Shown one piece after another: positions 27,980 to 42,499 of a stretch of DNA of 64,000 nucleotides. This stretch comes from Eledone cirrhosa (lineage: Eukaryota), in contig OZ024741.1 in assembly GCA_964016885.1 (NCBI GenBank), positions 144,460,001 to 144,524,000 of the forward strand, written 5' to 3'. The notes under the pieces were generated by a model that saw nothing but the letters and a program-made list of their open reading frames with translations, had not been told where the DNA came from and made no database searches. The stretch's first letter is position 1. Each line of letters opens with the position of its first letter. The position numbers were made by a program, and so were the translations under genes.

Positions 27980-28681
27980 CTGAGGATGTCTGTCTGTATG
28001 TGTGTGAGTTTGAATCCCTAAAACTAGAGAAACACCCAACCGACTGTTTTCAAACTTTACACATGTAATACTTATGTTTCAGGGAGTGTTCTGAGTAAAA
28101 AAAAAATTTCAAATTTTCAATGCCCAAGGGACCGCATTAGGCGATTTAGCGATCTCTCTCTATAATTCTTAGTCTTTCTCTTTTTAGATAGATACATACA
28201 TATAACGTCGCGCTCTTATAATATCTGACTGTATGTCTGGCTGTCTGCATTACGTCACTTCCTACAATTCGCTCTACGTCCAGAACGCGCCCTTATAATT
28301 GTTTCTATATTTGGCACAAGGCCAGCAATTATCCCAGTGCATTACTGGTACTTTATTTTATCGACCCCGTAAGGATGAAAGGCAAAGTTAACCTCGGCGG
28401 GATTTGAACGCGCCCTTATAATATCTGTCTGTATCTCTGGCTATCTGCTGCCTCCGGTTATTCTGCCACCCTTGCTCAAGACAAATCTAACACTCATTCC
28501 CCAAACAGTTGGTAAGTGCACACAACTTCTTCCTCACGTTTTAAGCCACAGTGTTGCTTACTTACGTACCACCAGACCCTTACTTCTTTGCCAGCCGTGG
28601 TTGTGGTAATACTAAGCTTAACTAAGGCGGTTATATATTTCACAATATCTTATCCCGTGCAACGCTGGGTACCACTGCTAG
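27960..28681 (+). mobile_element. Non-autonomous Helitron-like element carrying a nested SINE (about 28298-28408)
   Basis: 3' hairpin CCCG-TGCAACG-CTGGG then CTAG (28678-28681) followed by T. Nested SINE has a 17-bp TSD GAACGCGCCCTTATAAT (28283-28299/28406-28422). Confidence 0.7.
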
Positions 28682-28797
28682 TATATATATATATATGTAT
28701 GTGTATTTATATGTGTGTGCATATATAGGTATATACAAATGTATATATATATATATATATGTCTGTCACGCATACACACACAAATACACACACACAA

Positions 28798-28858
<61 letters not shown>

Positions 28859-29361
28859 GAGAGAAAAGGAGAGAGAGTGAGAGAACACGAGATTATTAAC
28901 CTGTTTACCTGAAATCAAAGATGTAAAAAAAGACAAAAAAAGCTAAAACCTCTGAAATATGAGCTTCTAATACACCCCAGCCAGTATCTACTTCAACACC
29001 CTTACATACCATTGAGATATATGTGGGAAGCGGAAGAAATTTCACATGGGAATAGGCATGAAATGCTCTAGCTATTTCTTTTGTTTTCGATCTTAATGGC
29101 TGTGTCTACAGTGAAGTGATAGATAGTTTTTTTTATGAATAAAACATAGTATAAATTAATTTGCTACTGCTTAAATATATTTCGGTTTGCATGTTGTTGT
29201 GCAAGTTGCAACCTTACTGGACCTAAAATTCTGCACACATGCAAATTCCCACACAGACACACACTCAGACAGACGGACAAATAGACAGACATATATATAT
29301 ATGTGTGTGTGTGTATATATATTTGTGTGTATGTGCGCGCGCGCGCGTGTGTGTCTCTCTG

Positions 29362-29446
<85 letters not shown>

Positions 29447-29780
29447 CAAAAAGCAATGAAAATCCGATGATCCGAAGAAATGTCCAGGCGGAAGTTTACG
29501 TTGAGTCAGAGTAAATCTAATTCCACAGTGAAGATCTAAAGTACCTATCCAACGGATTTGAGGTGTCCACGTAACCGTTGATATATAAGTATTCGAAAAG
29601 TATACAACAGACGATGAGATTCAATGAAGTTATATATTGATTTTACGCTTAATATATATTGATTTTACGCCAAGAGATGGCGAAATGAACAGACCTGCAT
29701 TTTCTAGAAGAAATTTGTTTCGTTTCTGCCCTTGCTCACTCTCCTCTATCTTTCTATTTCTTCTCTAATTTATTATTCTA

Positions 29781-29816
29781 TATTCTGATGAAGGACTAGC
29801 GCCCGGAACGTTAAGA
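29781..29816 (+). ncRNA. Degenerate minimal hammerhead (same family as 56300-56335)
   Basis: CTGATGA-A-GGAC tagc GCCC-GGAA-CG-TT-AAGA; A13 is mutated. Confidence 0.55.
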
Positions 29817-29896
29817 CTATTCTTACTATATTAAGCATGAAACTCATATAGATCTTCATTGAATCTCATCGTCTGTTGTAAGTCTTCCGTATACTG

Positions 29897-29953
<57 letters not shown>

Positions 29954-29962
29954 CTCTCTCTC

Positions 29963-30016
<54 letters not shown>

Positions 30017-30032
30017 TGCATGTATGTATGCA

Positions 30033-30104
<72 letters not shown>

Positions 30105-30696
30105 AAGTAAAATCAATCAACAAAACGTTTAGATCATGTATTTAGCTAAATATTCCACAAACGCACGTACCACTTCAAGTAATTCTCGGGGAGGTTCAGC
30201 CTGATATACTATGTGCCATATGGAGACCATCTCCTCTTGAGTTCAGAATACAGTAAATTCCTTCCAGAGAAAGAGAAAGTGAGAGAATGGAAGTGAGAGA
30301 GATATATAGAATCGACTCCAGTCGTAGTCTGATACGTTTTTATCGATCTCGAATGGATGAAAGGCAAAGTTGATCTCGGTGGGATTTGAACTCAGAAAGT
30401 AGAGAGCCGAAACGAATACTGCAAAGCATTCTATCCGACGTCCTAACGACTCTGCCGACTCGACGCCATTCGATACACATATGCTGATACCCAAACATCA
30501 TATATGTTTGTATGTTCTTCTGGTTTCATAATTTCACAAACTTTTACCGATAGAGAGAGAGAGTCGTTTTCTAACATAAATACAAGACTCTCTCATTGGA
30601 ATTTACACAACATCAACTAGGTAGATTCTTCTTCTTTTCGTATCTTCGAAGTATGTGGTTATATGTCAGTTTCCCATTTCTTTACACAGTCTTTTG

Positions 30697-30970
30697 CATT
30701 ATTATTAAATTCTGCGACATCTTTTAAGCTGCATTGGTTGGATAGTAGAGGGCAAACAAGGCAGTGCTGCATCGTATGGTCCTCCTCTCCGCATTAGCAG
30801 ATGGTTGGGCCGGTCTTGTAGCCCCATCTGGCCATAGCAGCTTTCGATCGCCCCATTCCTGTTCTCAGGTGGTTGAGTGTCTTCCACTGGACCCATGGTG
30901 CTTCTGAGCCAGGAGGGAGGGTTTCAGAAGAGGGGGATTCCCATGTCAATAGGAGGGGAGTCATTCTCTA
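30697..30970 (-). mobile_element. Ingi/Vingi-like LINE 3' end
   Basis: Manual minus-strand translation WVQWKTLNHLRTGMGRSKAAMARWGY...C*CGEEDHTMQHCLVCP, then (TAA)n tail. Confidence 0.7.
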
Positions 30971-31104
30971 CTAGGTAGATATGTATGCATGTCTTCATAC
31001 ATGCATGCATGTGTGTACAGGTGTGGATGTTATTGTATGTGTGGAGGTGTATGTTTTCAGATATGTGTGCATGTGTATATGCTTAGTATCTGTACATGTG
31101 TACA

Positions 31105-33960
31105 TGGAGTTATTAGATGCAGAATGTTTGGAATGTTTTACATATTTTTACTGTTCCATTAATGGATTGTACTTGTAATTTTCTAACTAGTTGTGTTCTT
31201 TCTGTTTCTGCGAAGCTCAGCTTCTCAAGATTTGCACTGAGGCAGTCACTAGCATACCCCAGTGCCCCAATAATCACAGGCATAAATATGAAGGTATAGT
31301 CGGGGTGGAGTATCTGCAGATTCCTCATTAGTTCTACATAGATATTCCCCTTTTCACTAATCTTTAATATTATATTGAAATCTGTTGGGCAGCTGACTTC
31401 CACTACTGTGCATGCCTTCTTTTCCCTATCCCATATTATTATATCTGGTCTGTTATTCTTGCATTTTATTGGGGTTTTGACTGGAACATTCCACCAGTAC
31501 TCTTTCTTATTATGTTTGCATATGCCATCCACATTTCTGTAACTTTTAATATATTTATTGTCGAGGCTGTCTTTTCTACGGATTGCATTGTACAGTGTTT
31601 TGGCCACTACATCATGCCTCATAGGCAGATAGTACCGTGATGACACCTTTGGACAGCTGCTTATGACATGGGGGACATCTTCGATGTTAATTTTGCAGTC
31701 TGCAATTGTTGTCACATCTAGGTGTTTTGTCTGCATCCCTATCTCTTTTGAAATCAGGTTTTTTGTGTTGATTTTCTGTTCTTGGATTGCAAAAGCATAT
31801 TCTTCAAAATGGGGGCTAATATAGCGGTTGTTTGTCCAAGATAGACTACTTTGTTTATCTATATTACTCTCATTCTGGAGCTTCCTGGCAACATATACAT
31901 GCATGATTTTTTGCTGATAAGCATGCAGTTTTTCATCCATGGATTCGCTGCAGTATTGCTGGGCAACTTCCCTGGGTGTGAGTTTTTGATTATATCTGGA
32001 GTTGCTTCCCAAGTCTCATAATCTTATCTGTCTCATGCAGACAGAGATGCTTAGTAGATGGACTCCTTTGCTTGAAGGTTTGTAAATGTTGTCGGAGGGA
32101 TATGATGCGACACTCAAATGCTGTCTGGACCGATGTTAGGCTGATTTGGAAGTTTCCGGTGTTGTTTAGAATTTTTCGAGTTTTAACATCAATTGCTCGG
32201 AGTTCGTCTATCGTTCACTCGAGTATTCCAAACCTTAGTGTTAGGACAGGCACAGCAAACACATTTTGAGCCACTGTTTTATTGTGCGCAGAGAGTTCCG
32301 ATGACCATATTTTTCTTAATCGGGTGTAATATTCCCTGGTTACGCGTTCCTTATAACAAATACCATTATAGGATATGTTCTCATTTATCACCAAGTATCT
32401 GTAGCAGTCCTTGTCAGATATTGGTGAAACAGTTAGGCCATTGATTCAAATGTTGCTAGGTTGGGTTGTAGGTTTCCCCGCTTTACAATCATATTTGAAC
32501 ATTTATCTTGGTCAAACTCCATTCCTATATCCTTTTAGAACGTTCTAACCATTTATATTCTTGGTATGGAATTTCAGGTCATCCACAAAGAAATTATGAG
32601 TTAAATTCATATTTCTGTCCTCCTGTAAGCCAATGATGTATCCTTCACATTTCTTGAGCAATATGGACAAGGAGTTTAATGACAGGATAAATAGCAACAC
32701 AGAGAGAGACTGTCTCCTTGAAATATACCCCTGTGATATTCTATTCTATCAGTGGAAATAGAGTTCTCCTTCTCTGTTTTTAACTTTAGGGTAGTAGTTC
32801 AAGAAGAAGACAGCTTGTCTATGACTGATAATAATGTTTGGGACTTTAGCAAGTCGGAGGGCCTTTATCATCCAAGAGTGGGGAACAGAATCAAATGCTT
32901 TCCCGTAGTCCAACCATACTGTAGCCTAAGTTGTCGCACCTCTGACATCGCAGTTTTGTTAATTAGGAGTTGTTCAGCCCCCCCCCCCCCCCCCCCCCAC
33001 ACACACACACCTTTCTTTCCAGCAGCAGCTTGTTCATCTGTGATGATGTCATTACTGTTCCAGTGCTCTTGGAGAAATAGGTTTAGGCAGGCTGTATATA
33101 TTTTTTACATAAGGTTCTTGCATGTAATGGGTTGGTAGTTTTTTGCCAAGTGGGTGTCTTTGTTCTTGGAGACCAGTATTGTTTGTGCTAATGTCAACCA
33201 TTCTGGTATATCTGTATCTCCCTTCAGAGCTTGCTGGTAGAAGTCAATAAGATACATCCGATAGAATATCAGTTTTTGTACCAGTAGCCGACAATCATGT
33301 CTCTTCCTGATGTTTTCTTATCTTGGAGTTTTCCGATCACAGTCTCAAGAGTATCCTCATTTATTTCGTATGTTTTTCTTGTAGTGTAGGAGCAATAGCT
33401 CTTTGGGATTTCTTTTAGCCACACTGCATCTTGGTTGAAATTCTTCTTTTCACCCCATATTTTGCTCCAAAAGGAATCGATGTCTTTCTGGGATGGGGCC
33501 TCTGTGACATTTACTTTTCCCTTCATATCTCTATAGACTGATGTTTGGTTTCATCTGAATCTTTTATTAATTACCTTTCTTTCATCTACCCACTTCTGGT
33601 ATCGACGTTTCTCGTTGACAGCTCTCAATTCTTGTTTGGGGGTGATCAGCTTATATTGAAGAGTTCTGGTTGTACTGTTACCAAACATCGTTTCTATATT
33701 ATTTTTCACTCTTTGTTGGTGAGGAGTGAAGTTTATTTTCGTTTTTGTTTGCAAGTAAAGAGCATTGTCACATATCCTATAGTTTTTTGTGGATCAGCAA
33801 TCTTTTTTTCTATTTTAGTTATATATGATGGTATTTTTTGTGGTGTTTTGTTCTTGTTAATATCTCTGTTATCACCAAGATTCACTGTCGTTGCTAGGGC
33901 ATATAAACAGGCGTTGATTTGCCAAAATGGGGGAGGGGGTAATTCGTCGTAAATAACCAT
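31105..33960 (-). mobile_element. R4/Dong-type RLE non-LTR retrotransposon, degenerate
   Basis: RHD, WWNVPVKT, NRPDIIIWD..VEVSCP, PVIIGALG in ORF 31113-32012; RT remnants upstream. Confidence 0.85.
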
Positions 33961-34017
33961 CCCCTATTTCGTCAATAGCACGTAAGATTTCATTATGTAT
34001 GTATGTATGTATGTATG

Positions 34018-34076
<59 letters not shown>

Positions 34077-34100
34077 TATATATATATATATATATAATTA

Positions 34101-34145
<45 letters not shown>

Positions 34146-34148
<3 letters not shown>

Positions 34149-34305
34149 ATTTTTTGCCCTATGGTTAATCTTTTATCGTTTTCTCATTTGCTATCGAAAC
34201 AGTAAAGCTTAACCATAGGACAGAAAATCCTAATAATATCTCCGCTTCCTTTCTTAACTATCGAGTACTAAGTTGAAAAATAGTCTTACTAATCGTAACA
34301 TCCCA
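34146..34305 (+). mobile_element. Short fold-back mini-element with one-sided tail between (TA)n tracts
   Basis: GATTTTTTGCCCTATGGTTAA / TTAACCATAGGACAGAAAATC arms; GAAAC..TA hammerhead-like 3' half; tail TCCGCT...TATCGAGTAC. Confidence 0.65.
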
Positions 34306-34354
<49 letters not shown>

Positions 34355-35124
34355 TTACATACATACATGTGTGTGTATTATTTACCGTATTGCCTCTATG
34401 AAACCTTAATATCTGTTTGATATATAGCTTAGCTCTAAAGATAACACCATAAAGACAGCTTCGAAATAATTAGATAATTTTCTTGCCTTCCTTTACCGTT
34501 GGCCTATATCCTATTTTTATTTATTTGTAATTATTTACTATTCTTTTCCAATAACGAGATTCTCGTCCAACATGCCTCCCGGAAACCATCTTAATTCTAA
34601 TGATTTCTCTACACGTTTTGCTAATATCCCGCAAGGCTAATTTTTTTTTTTTTTTTGTCGACATTTTAAATGAAACGAGCTCACGATAGATTAAACTACA
34701 AAAGTTGGTAGTTCTATTTGAAACTCTTCGTAATATACAAACTCAGACAAGCAAATCACACGATATGCGATATCTTTTTCTTGAGATATATTGAAGTTTC
34801 TATTTTTGGTGTTGCCTTTGTCGTTGTTCTCTTTTTTCTTTTCCATTTTTGCTTATATTTCCACACCTTTCCCTTTTACGCTTTCTATGACCTCTTTTTC
34901 TTCCTGTTATTACTGCTCACATAGTTTCAATGAAACTAATTTAACCTTATTGACTGGAGAGGAAGGTTACAGCTGTTTGAAATAGCGGATAGTTTGGCTG
35001 TAAATGGAAACAAAGTCTACAATAAATATTGATTTCCAATTTTCTTACAAAGGTCACACTTTTGAAAGGAAGGTGTTTAGACTGTTGAATCAACTCCACT
35101 GCTTTGTTGGTTTCTATTTTATTG

Positions 35125-35422
35125 ACTACAATTTCTGAAAACATATTGTCCGGCATTTTACAGTTTCTGAAATTTAATATTGAGTCCGGCACTCTGCAGT
35201 TTCTGAAATTACACATATATCCGACACTTAACAGTTTCTAGCATTAAGCATTTAGTCCGGTACTCTACAGTTTCTGAAAGTTAACCTATAGTCCGGCACT
35301 TTGCTGCTTCTGACATTAAACATTTAGTTCGGCTTTTTATTGCTTCTGACGTTAAGCATTTAGTCCAACATTCTACAGTTTTTTAAATTAAACTTTTAGT
35401 CCGGCATTCTACAATCTCTGAC
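35125..35422. repeat. Degenerate minisatellite, about 35-36-bp unit, about 8 copies
   Basis: Unit approximately AGTCCGGCACTCTACAGTTTCTGAAATTAAACATTT. Confidence 0.85.
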
Positions 35423-35635
35423 TCTCCCGTCCTTTAGTTTGCATTAAATACTGAAATTTTATACAAATAGAAGTATTCTTTAATATAAAAGAAAGTATCC
35501 GAAACAATTTAGAGTACTATAGATGAGCAAAGTAGCGTTTGAGAATATGTGTCTATATATGTTTGCGTATATATTTATACTCTTTTACGCTTTTACCTGT
35601 TCCAGCCATCCGGCTGAGGATATGGGTTTCTGTAG

Positions 35636-35762
<127 letters not shown>

Positions 35763-35943
35763 GGTATGACCCCGATGGCAGAGCTCAAGCCGTTTCGACG
35801 TCCTGAAATAGCCGTCGAAACGGCTTGAGCTCTGCCATCGGGGTCATACCTTTTCCTATCACCCACTCTACTACCCTAAGTATTGAGTACTCTGGTGCTT
35901 TATGGTCCACCTAGTTCCTTACCACAATTCCCTCGTTATATAT

Positions 35944-35976
<33 letters not shown>

Positions 35977-35978
<2 letters not shown>

Positions 35979-38900
35979 GAATACACAAGAATGAAAGCTA
36001 TGTTAGAACATTTAATTGCTGACAATTGTTTCTTCCAAGCCTAGGCTTGGAGTCTTCGGAGCATTATTAATAATTTTTTTACATATAATCAGTCTCCTAT
36101 TCTGCTGAAGAGTCATACAGATACATATTGTGGACAACAGTGTGTGATAGGTAAGATTCAAAATTACAATTAAAAGCTTTTGGTGGAGCATGTGACAGAT
36201 AATACAAGAGCCTCCAGTACATAAATAAAATTAAAGAGACAGTACGTGCGTTAGTCATACATAAAGCAATTGAAGAGGCAAAAGTATCAAGCATATATGA
36301 ATGTTGGGTGTTGCATAAAAAATACAAGCAGGTGTGTTAATATATTATGGTGGTTGCAATGCTGAGATATTTTCAGTGTAGATCGAATATGTGTGTGTGT
36401 AGAATAAGAAAGTTCCAGGTTTCACATCCATTACATATGTCACGATGTATTTGTGTTGAGTGTTTGTTATAGTAATGGCTTGTAATGTAAAGTAACTTAG
36501 TGTTATTTAGTCCGTACCGTATACTACATTTGCATAGCTGGGAGAATTTTCTACTGTTTAATACCCGGAAGTGGGAATGGAAGTAAGGGGAGCTAATGCG
36601 TAAGGGGAGGTAACTAGCTCATTATAATAATAATTAAACTCATTGTTCTAAGGGACTTTATATAGTGTTATAATTGAGGGCCTAATATAGAAACTATATA
36701 TTTATATTTAATTTAATTCAATTTAAACCCAGACTACTCTCTCCTAATACATTAAGGTATCATTATAAAGTTGCCTATCAAGTATTATAAAGTGCCATAA
36801 TTGAGTTTCCCATACAAATTGTTATATATTTATATTAATTTAATCCTGGATACAGTCTACCCTCCCAAAATATATCAGAGGTTTTGTTAGATTGCTGTCT
36901 ACCTAGTATATGGTAAGCTATGCAATACCGTATAGCTGTTTGCATGGTAAAGTAGATATATCTCTAGAGTAAATAAACACATCCCTTATATACAATGTTA
37001 TTAATATTAATCCATGCATTTAATTATAGATGTATACATAATTCATTGTTCCATATTGCATTTAAATTAGATAAATCCCTTATGTTACTACATTAATCCT
37101 ATATATACAATGATATTAATTTTTACATTTAATTGAAAATGTATATATAATTCATTGTTACGTTTAATATTTAATGTTTATCCAAATTATATTTCCATCA
37201 CTATATAATTATAAGTAATCTAATTTTACTATATTAAAGGTATAGAGTTATAGGTCGGCTGAATTGTGTAGAGGAAAGGGTGAATCAAAGAGTGTGGTGC
37301 AGTGGTGCAATGCAAGCCCTAAAGGTGAAGTGCTAATGGAGGTGCTGAGTTCAAAACTGACATTGCTATATACTAGGTTTAAAGCTTTGGAAAGAGTGTC
37401 GGAAGCGGTTCTGGCACGATGTAAACATTTCCGATTTTTTTTATTAAGGAGGTTAAGGTTCGAAAATATTATAGTATGGGTCTCTAAAAGACAGAGGTTA
37501 CAAAATTTATTAGGTCGTTTATACGATGCTGCCCTACCTACTACTTCCCATTGAAGTGTATATGATCTATTCTTAGTTTTCAGATAGTGTATGTAGCTAG
37601 ATAGTGAAGTGGAGTTGGCTAGATTGTGCTTTCTGAAAGAGTGAAGGTGTGAGTTGTATCTCGTCTTGAAGCAGTTCGAAGTGGAGCCTATATAGGTTTT
37701 AGAAGAGTTGATAGTGTTGACCGTGCATGAGTAAATGATGTCCTTGATTAAGCAGTTGTTACCTAAAGGGCAGGTTCTATTAGATCTACAGTTACATTTA
37801 TTTTGGGTTATATCTCGTCGGTTATTATGCTGCGTTAGAAGTCTGGTTGCTAGGTATTGCATTAGGGCTATGATGGTTGTCGGTCCCAATGTTATTGATT
37901 TCAATATTGTTACTACTATTATTACTTTTGCTATTAGGGTTAGTAGTTATTATGTTGTTTCGAAAGTTTCCCTCTTGTGTTTTAATTTGATGGAGATAAG
38001 TATTAATTTTTCTTGTATTACTACTAGCTATATGGTATGCTATGTTAGGTGTGGTAGAGTAGGAGATTTTAATGGTGTTTTTATTTAAAAGCCTATGGTA
38101 CTTGTGGCCCGACGGGAAGTTTCTTTCTAGGATTGAGAAGAAGGCCCTAGGTAAGTTGGTAGAGACGTTTAAATTGAAAGGGGGGTTGAAAAAAGTATTA
38201 GTTCTTCTTCTATTTTTGTTTTTTATATCTATTGAGGTATTTCTGTTTATAATATTTTGGTGTCTACTATGGTGCGAGTTGGGCTTGTTATTACCCTTCG
38301 TGTTAGGGTAGGGGTGGTTATTATTCTTACTACCGCTATTCCTCATGGCCATATTGTGAGAAATAATGTTGGAACTATGTGATTTTCTAGGTAGGAACTC
38401 CATCTCATTACTATGGCCTGATTTAGCTAATGCCTGATTGTAGTACTGTGAATTATTGCTAAATATGGTTTCGTTATAAGATAGATTAGAGATTCTGTTA
38501 GAAATACCTTTAGTGATAGAGTTTAAAATGAATCTAGGGTGGTTCGACTTGGTGTCTACATAAATCAGTTTTTCGTTAGGTTTATGGTAGGGTGTATATA
38601 CTTTAGAGTCTAGGTAAAGGGTAGCATCAAGGAAGTTAACATTTTTAGTGTTTTTGTCTATGGTGATAGTTAAGTTATAGTTTTTGAAGGTTTTATGTAA
38701 CAGTTTCCTTGTTCTCTCTATATTAAATTTTTTATAGTCTATAAAATGTTCTAACATAGCTTTGATTGTTGTGTATTCTATATTACTGCTCTGTATAACA
38801 AATGATGTTCTTTCATTGAGCTATTTATCTTACTGGTAATAAGGTAGTAATACATTACTGACCTTACCTGTTTATAGTTGTTTATAGTATATACATAACT

Positions 38901-39024
38901 ATAAATAGTATCCTTAATATTATATATATATATATTTATCTTACTGGTAATAAGGTAGTAATACATTACTGACCTTACCTGTTTATAGTTGTATATAGTA
39001 TATACATAACTATAAATAGTATCC

Positions 39025-39040
<16 letters not shown>
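35977..39040 (-). mobile_element. PLE related to family B (RT thumb, GIY-YIG, long 3' UTR) with inverted 5' arm/tail from about 38745 and an about 110-bp tandem duplication in the tail
   Basis: ORF 37825-38757 (VNFLDATL, SNHP, FFNPPF) and ORF 37248-37904 (IIY..TYIGST). 38746-38782 is the reverse complement of 35977-36013. Confidence 0.88.
36017..36063 (-). ncRNA. Type-I hammerhead (C4 variant)
   Basis: Minus strand: TGCT-CCGAAGA-C-TCCAAGC ctag GCTTGGA-A-GAAA-CAATTG-TC^AGCA. Confidence 0.75.
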
Positions 39041-39054
<14 letters not shown>

Positions 39055-39055
<1 letters not shown>

Positions 39056-39709
39056 GTTTTGCGAGGTTTTTTATATGAAATCGTGTGTCGAAACAAATAT
39101 TGTTATACTTGGGGAGGGTCATATTTGTGTAATATTGCCAGAATTAATAACAGAACACACTCACAGAAAGAATGAATGGAATAACAACAACACCCAAACA
39201 AACAACACTGACCTAAGAGAAGTATAAATAAGTAAATAAAATAAAATAAATAAATAAATAAATACATACACAAGCACAATAACAACAAGCACATAAACAC
39301 ACACTAGTCACCCATCACACAGCAAACAAAACACTATACACACACGCAAACGCATGCGCAAAGAAGACAAAATAAAATAAACAAACAAGCTAATAAATAA
39401 ATAAATATATAGACAGACTGAATAAAAATGGCGTAGACATACAATACAACAGGAGGAAAATATAACACCACTGACGATGTTGCAGATGTGCAACGAAAGA
39501 TTTATGATGAACTATATATATGTGTTTGTGTCTATATTGTATCTGTATTATTTTTGACCGTCGGTCAGTCAATGGCAACATTAAGGACCGAGTAAGTTAG
39601 ATTACCGATATAAAAGACACAGAAGCGAGAAGCGAAAACCAACCAATCAGTGAGTGTGTTCTGTTATTAATTCTGGCAATATTACACAAATATTACCCTC
39701 CCCAAGTAT

Positions 39710-39715
<6 letters not shown>
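39055..39715 (+). mobile_element. PLE family A non-coding copy: inverted tail and arm (39055-39163) followed by direct pLTR
   Basis: Matches 1081-1638 and the reverse complement of 9525-9633; hammerhead 39466-39509 with perfect GTTGCA/TGCAAC helix II. Confidence 0.9.
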
Positions 39716-39780
<65 letters not shown>

Positions 39781-40764
39781 CACACACACACGTGCGCACG
39801 CACGTACGTTCATGTCTCTTTCTATCTTTGCCTATATCTCTAAGTATGTGTGTATTCGTGTATGTGAATGTGTATCCATGTATATTTGTGTATGTATTAG
39901 GATATGTTGAAGTTTACGCGTATATAATCGTGTGAATAACTGTGTGAAAATATGTATATTTTATTTTAGTCAAGTGTAAATGTGTGTGAGCATCTGTGAT
40001 TGCGTTTATGTGTGTTTCAAAATAATGAAGTACAAATTAGAAACTATCTACAACGAAGACACATATCTAAATGAGGATAAAACAATAGAATGCACTTCTG
40101 TTAGTTTTGACGATGAATGTTCACACTTGTTCTACCAACGGAACAGCCAGTTTGTGAAATTAACGAATATATGGCTGAACATTCCGCTGACAGGAATACC
40201 GCTAACGTGATTCTTAGGGAAGGTGGTAAATTTAATTATATAGATGCCAGCACTTGATTGGTACATTATTTTATTGGCCTCAAAAGGACGAAAAATAAAT
40301 TGACATCGGCATCCTTTGAACTTATAATGCAGAGAGCAGTATCTAAATACCACAACACATTTTGTCAAACGTCCAAACGGTATTCTCAATCCACCATTCT
40401 CAGCAGTAATGAAATAATTGTTTCTACTTTTGGCACAACGCCAGCAATTATCCCAGTGTATTACTGGTACTTTATTTTATCGACCCCGTAAGGATAAAAG
40501 GCAAAGTTAACCTCGGCGGGATTTGAACTCAGTCCGTAAAGGGACGTAACTGTGCTGCAAAGCATGGCGTCCGACCCTCTACCGATACTGCCAATCCACC
40601 GAAATAATGATGAGAAATTGGGTTAAATGTTTAACATATAAAACTATGACAGAAGCTGAAGTTACGCTTAAATAAAATGACAAATATAGCGATGTTAATT
40701 AACAACCATGAAAATATATTACATGACTAATACTTCTGTGAACTAATTGTCATATATATTCGTC

Positions 40765-41390
40765 TTCTTCTTCTTCTTCTTCTTCTTCTTCTTCTTCTTC
40801 TTGGGAGGGTCGTGGGGGCAGAATCCTCAAACACTCCCTCCAGCGGGTCCTGTCAGAAGTAACTGTCTCCAACTGATCCAGCTGGATCCCCAAGTGAGAA
40901 CAGCCAGGCATCCAACCATCTTGCTAAGGATCTACTCCTGAGTCTCCTACTGGTTGGTTTTGCTCCAGTATAATCTGTCCAGCAATTCTTTCCTGAGACA
41001 TTCTAGCCATATGCCAATAGTACCGGAAGCCTACAAAACTGGCAGGTTCAGGGTGACCTACAGGATAAAGTGGGAAGCATTGGTGGATAAGTAAGTCAGG
41101 ACCAGGTATACAGATATCGCATCCAAATTCAGAAAACTCCCAGAGTAAATTGAGGATGTTGAGACTGTGTAGAGATTGTTCATCGCAGCAGTTTCTGCTG
41201 CAGGTAAAAGAAGCTTGGTGTGGCGCCGGATGACAGGAGGACTCCTTGATTCAATTAAGAGGGAAAAGACGCCATCCGAGCAAAGAAGGAAACTTACAAA
41301 GCTTGGCTTAGAAATCAGTCCTACTTCATGCACTCACAATCATGAGTATGTTTCCAATTCCCAAGTGGCAGCCCATGGCGGAGTATAAAT
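40765..41390 (-). mobile_element. RTE-like LINE 3' fragment with (GAA)n tail
   Basis: Minus-strand remnants YWHMARMSQER..., SDRTRWRECL..PRP followed by GAA repeats. Confidence 0.65.
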
Positions 41391-41430
41391 ACAATAATGA
41401 TAAACATATGAAGGTTAAATATTCATAATT

Positions 41431-41514
<84 letters not shown>

Positions 41515-41529
41515 GAGAGAGAGAGAGAG

Positions 41530-42170
41530 AGTACAGGGTGTCCCCAAAATGTATACACTTTTTATATTTCCGAGGAACTAATACTTTGCAGCCTGAAACT
41601 ATGTGGCCAATGGTCTCAACATGCTCATCACAGAATTTACACATTCCATTTCTGATCACACTGACTTGAAAGTTGCGCGTTGAAAGACATGGTCTTTTGC
41701 AGTCAAAAAATGAAGCCTCCATTCTCTGCTTTTAGCCCAGAACTCCGCAGCCACTGATTGGTGAGAGCTTGATCTACATCAGGTTCTTTATTATGAAAAA
41801 CATATTGCACATTCAGTGGTTTTTGCTCACATTTAATGCACAGTTTTATTGACCTTCATGTTTTGCCGTCATTTTGATGTCCTTTGCGGCTTTAATTGCA
41901 GAATTGCCATCATTTTCAAAATGATGTTATGCATGGTAGCTCAAGCTAGACCATTCCCCTACCTCCGTTTTGTCTAGAGAGATAGAGGCGATCCACAGCT
42001 GCTTTTGGGTGATATATCTTATTACAGATCAAATGTTTCCTGGTTTTGGTGTCCATTCTCTTAATTTCATTAACGTTCCAATTTATGATATTGAAACTAG
42101 ATAACAGCTGGGATTGCAAGCGCATTTATTACAGAATTTATACTTCGAGTTAAGCTCAGTTTTCTATTTT
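41530..42170 (-). mobile_element. Degenerate R4/Dong-type fragment
   Basis: CKFCDEHVETIGHIVSGC zinc knuckle in ORF 41423-41722. Confidence 0.65.
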
Positions 42171-42499
42171 ATTATTATCATTGTTTGTAGGGCGGTGGAT
42201 TGGCAGTATCGGTAGAGGGTTCGGAAGCTATGCTTTGCAGCATAGAGTTACGGTCCTTTATGATCTGAGTTTAAATCCCGCCGAGGTTAACTTTGCCTTT
42301 TATCCTTACGGGGTCGATAAAATAAAGTACCAGTCACGCACTGAGATCGATTTAATCGACTTTCTCCTCCCCCAAAATTGCTGGCCTTGTGCCTATATAA
42401 GAAACCATTATTATCATTGTTTGTGTTTTTGCGTTTCCTTTACTTTTGTTTCCACTTTTTGCCGAGTGTCCTGCCAATATTATTGTTATTGTTATTGTT

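Noticed and set aside
28899-28935. Possible 8-nt micro-exon (tttcag GTAAACAG gttaat) on the minus strand
   Set aside because: Such motifs arise easily by chance in AT-rich DNA.
35125-35422. Possible CRISPR array
   Set aside because: Contiguous degenerate units without unique spacers, no cas genes, eukaryotic context.
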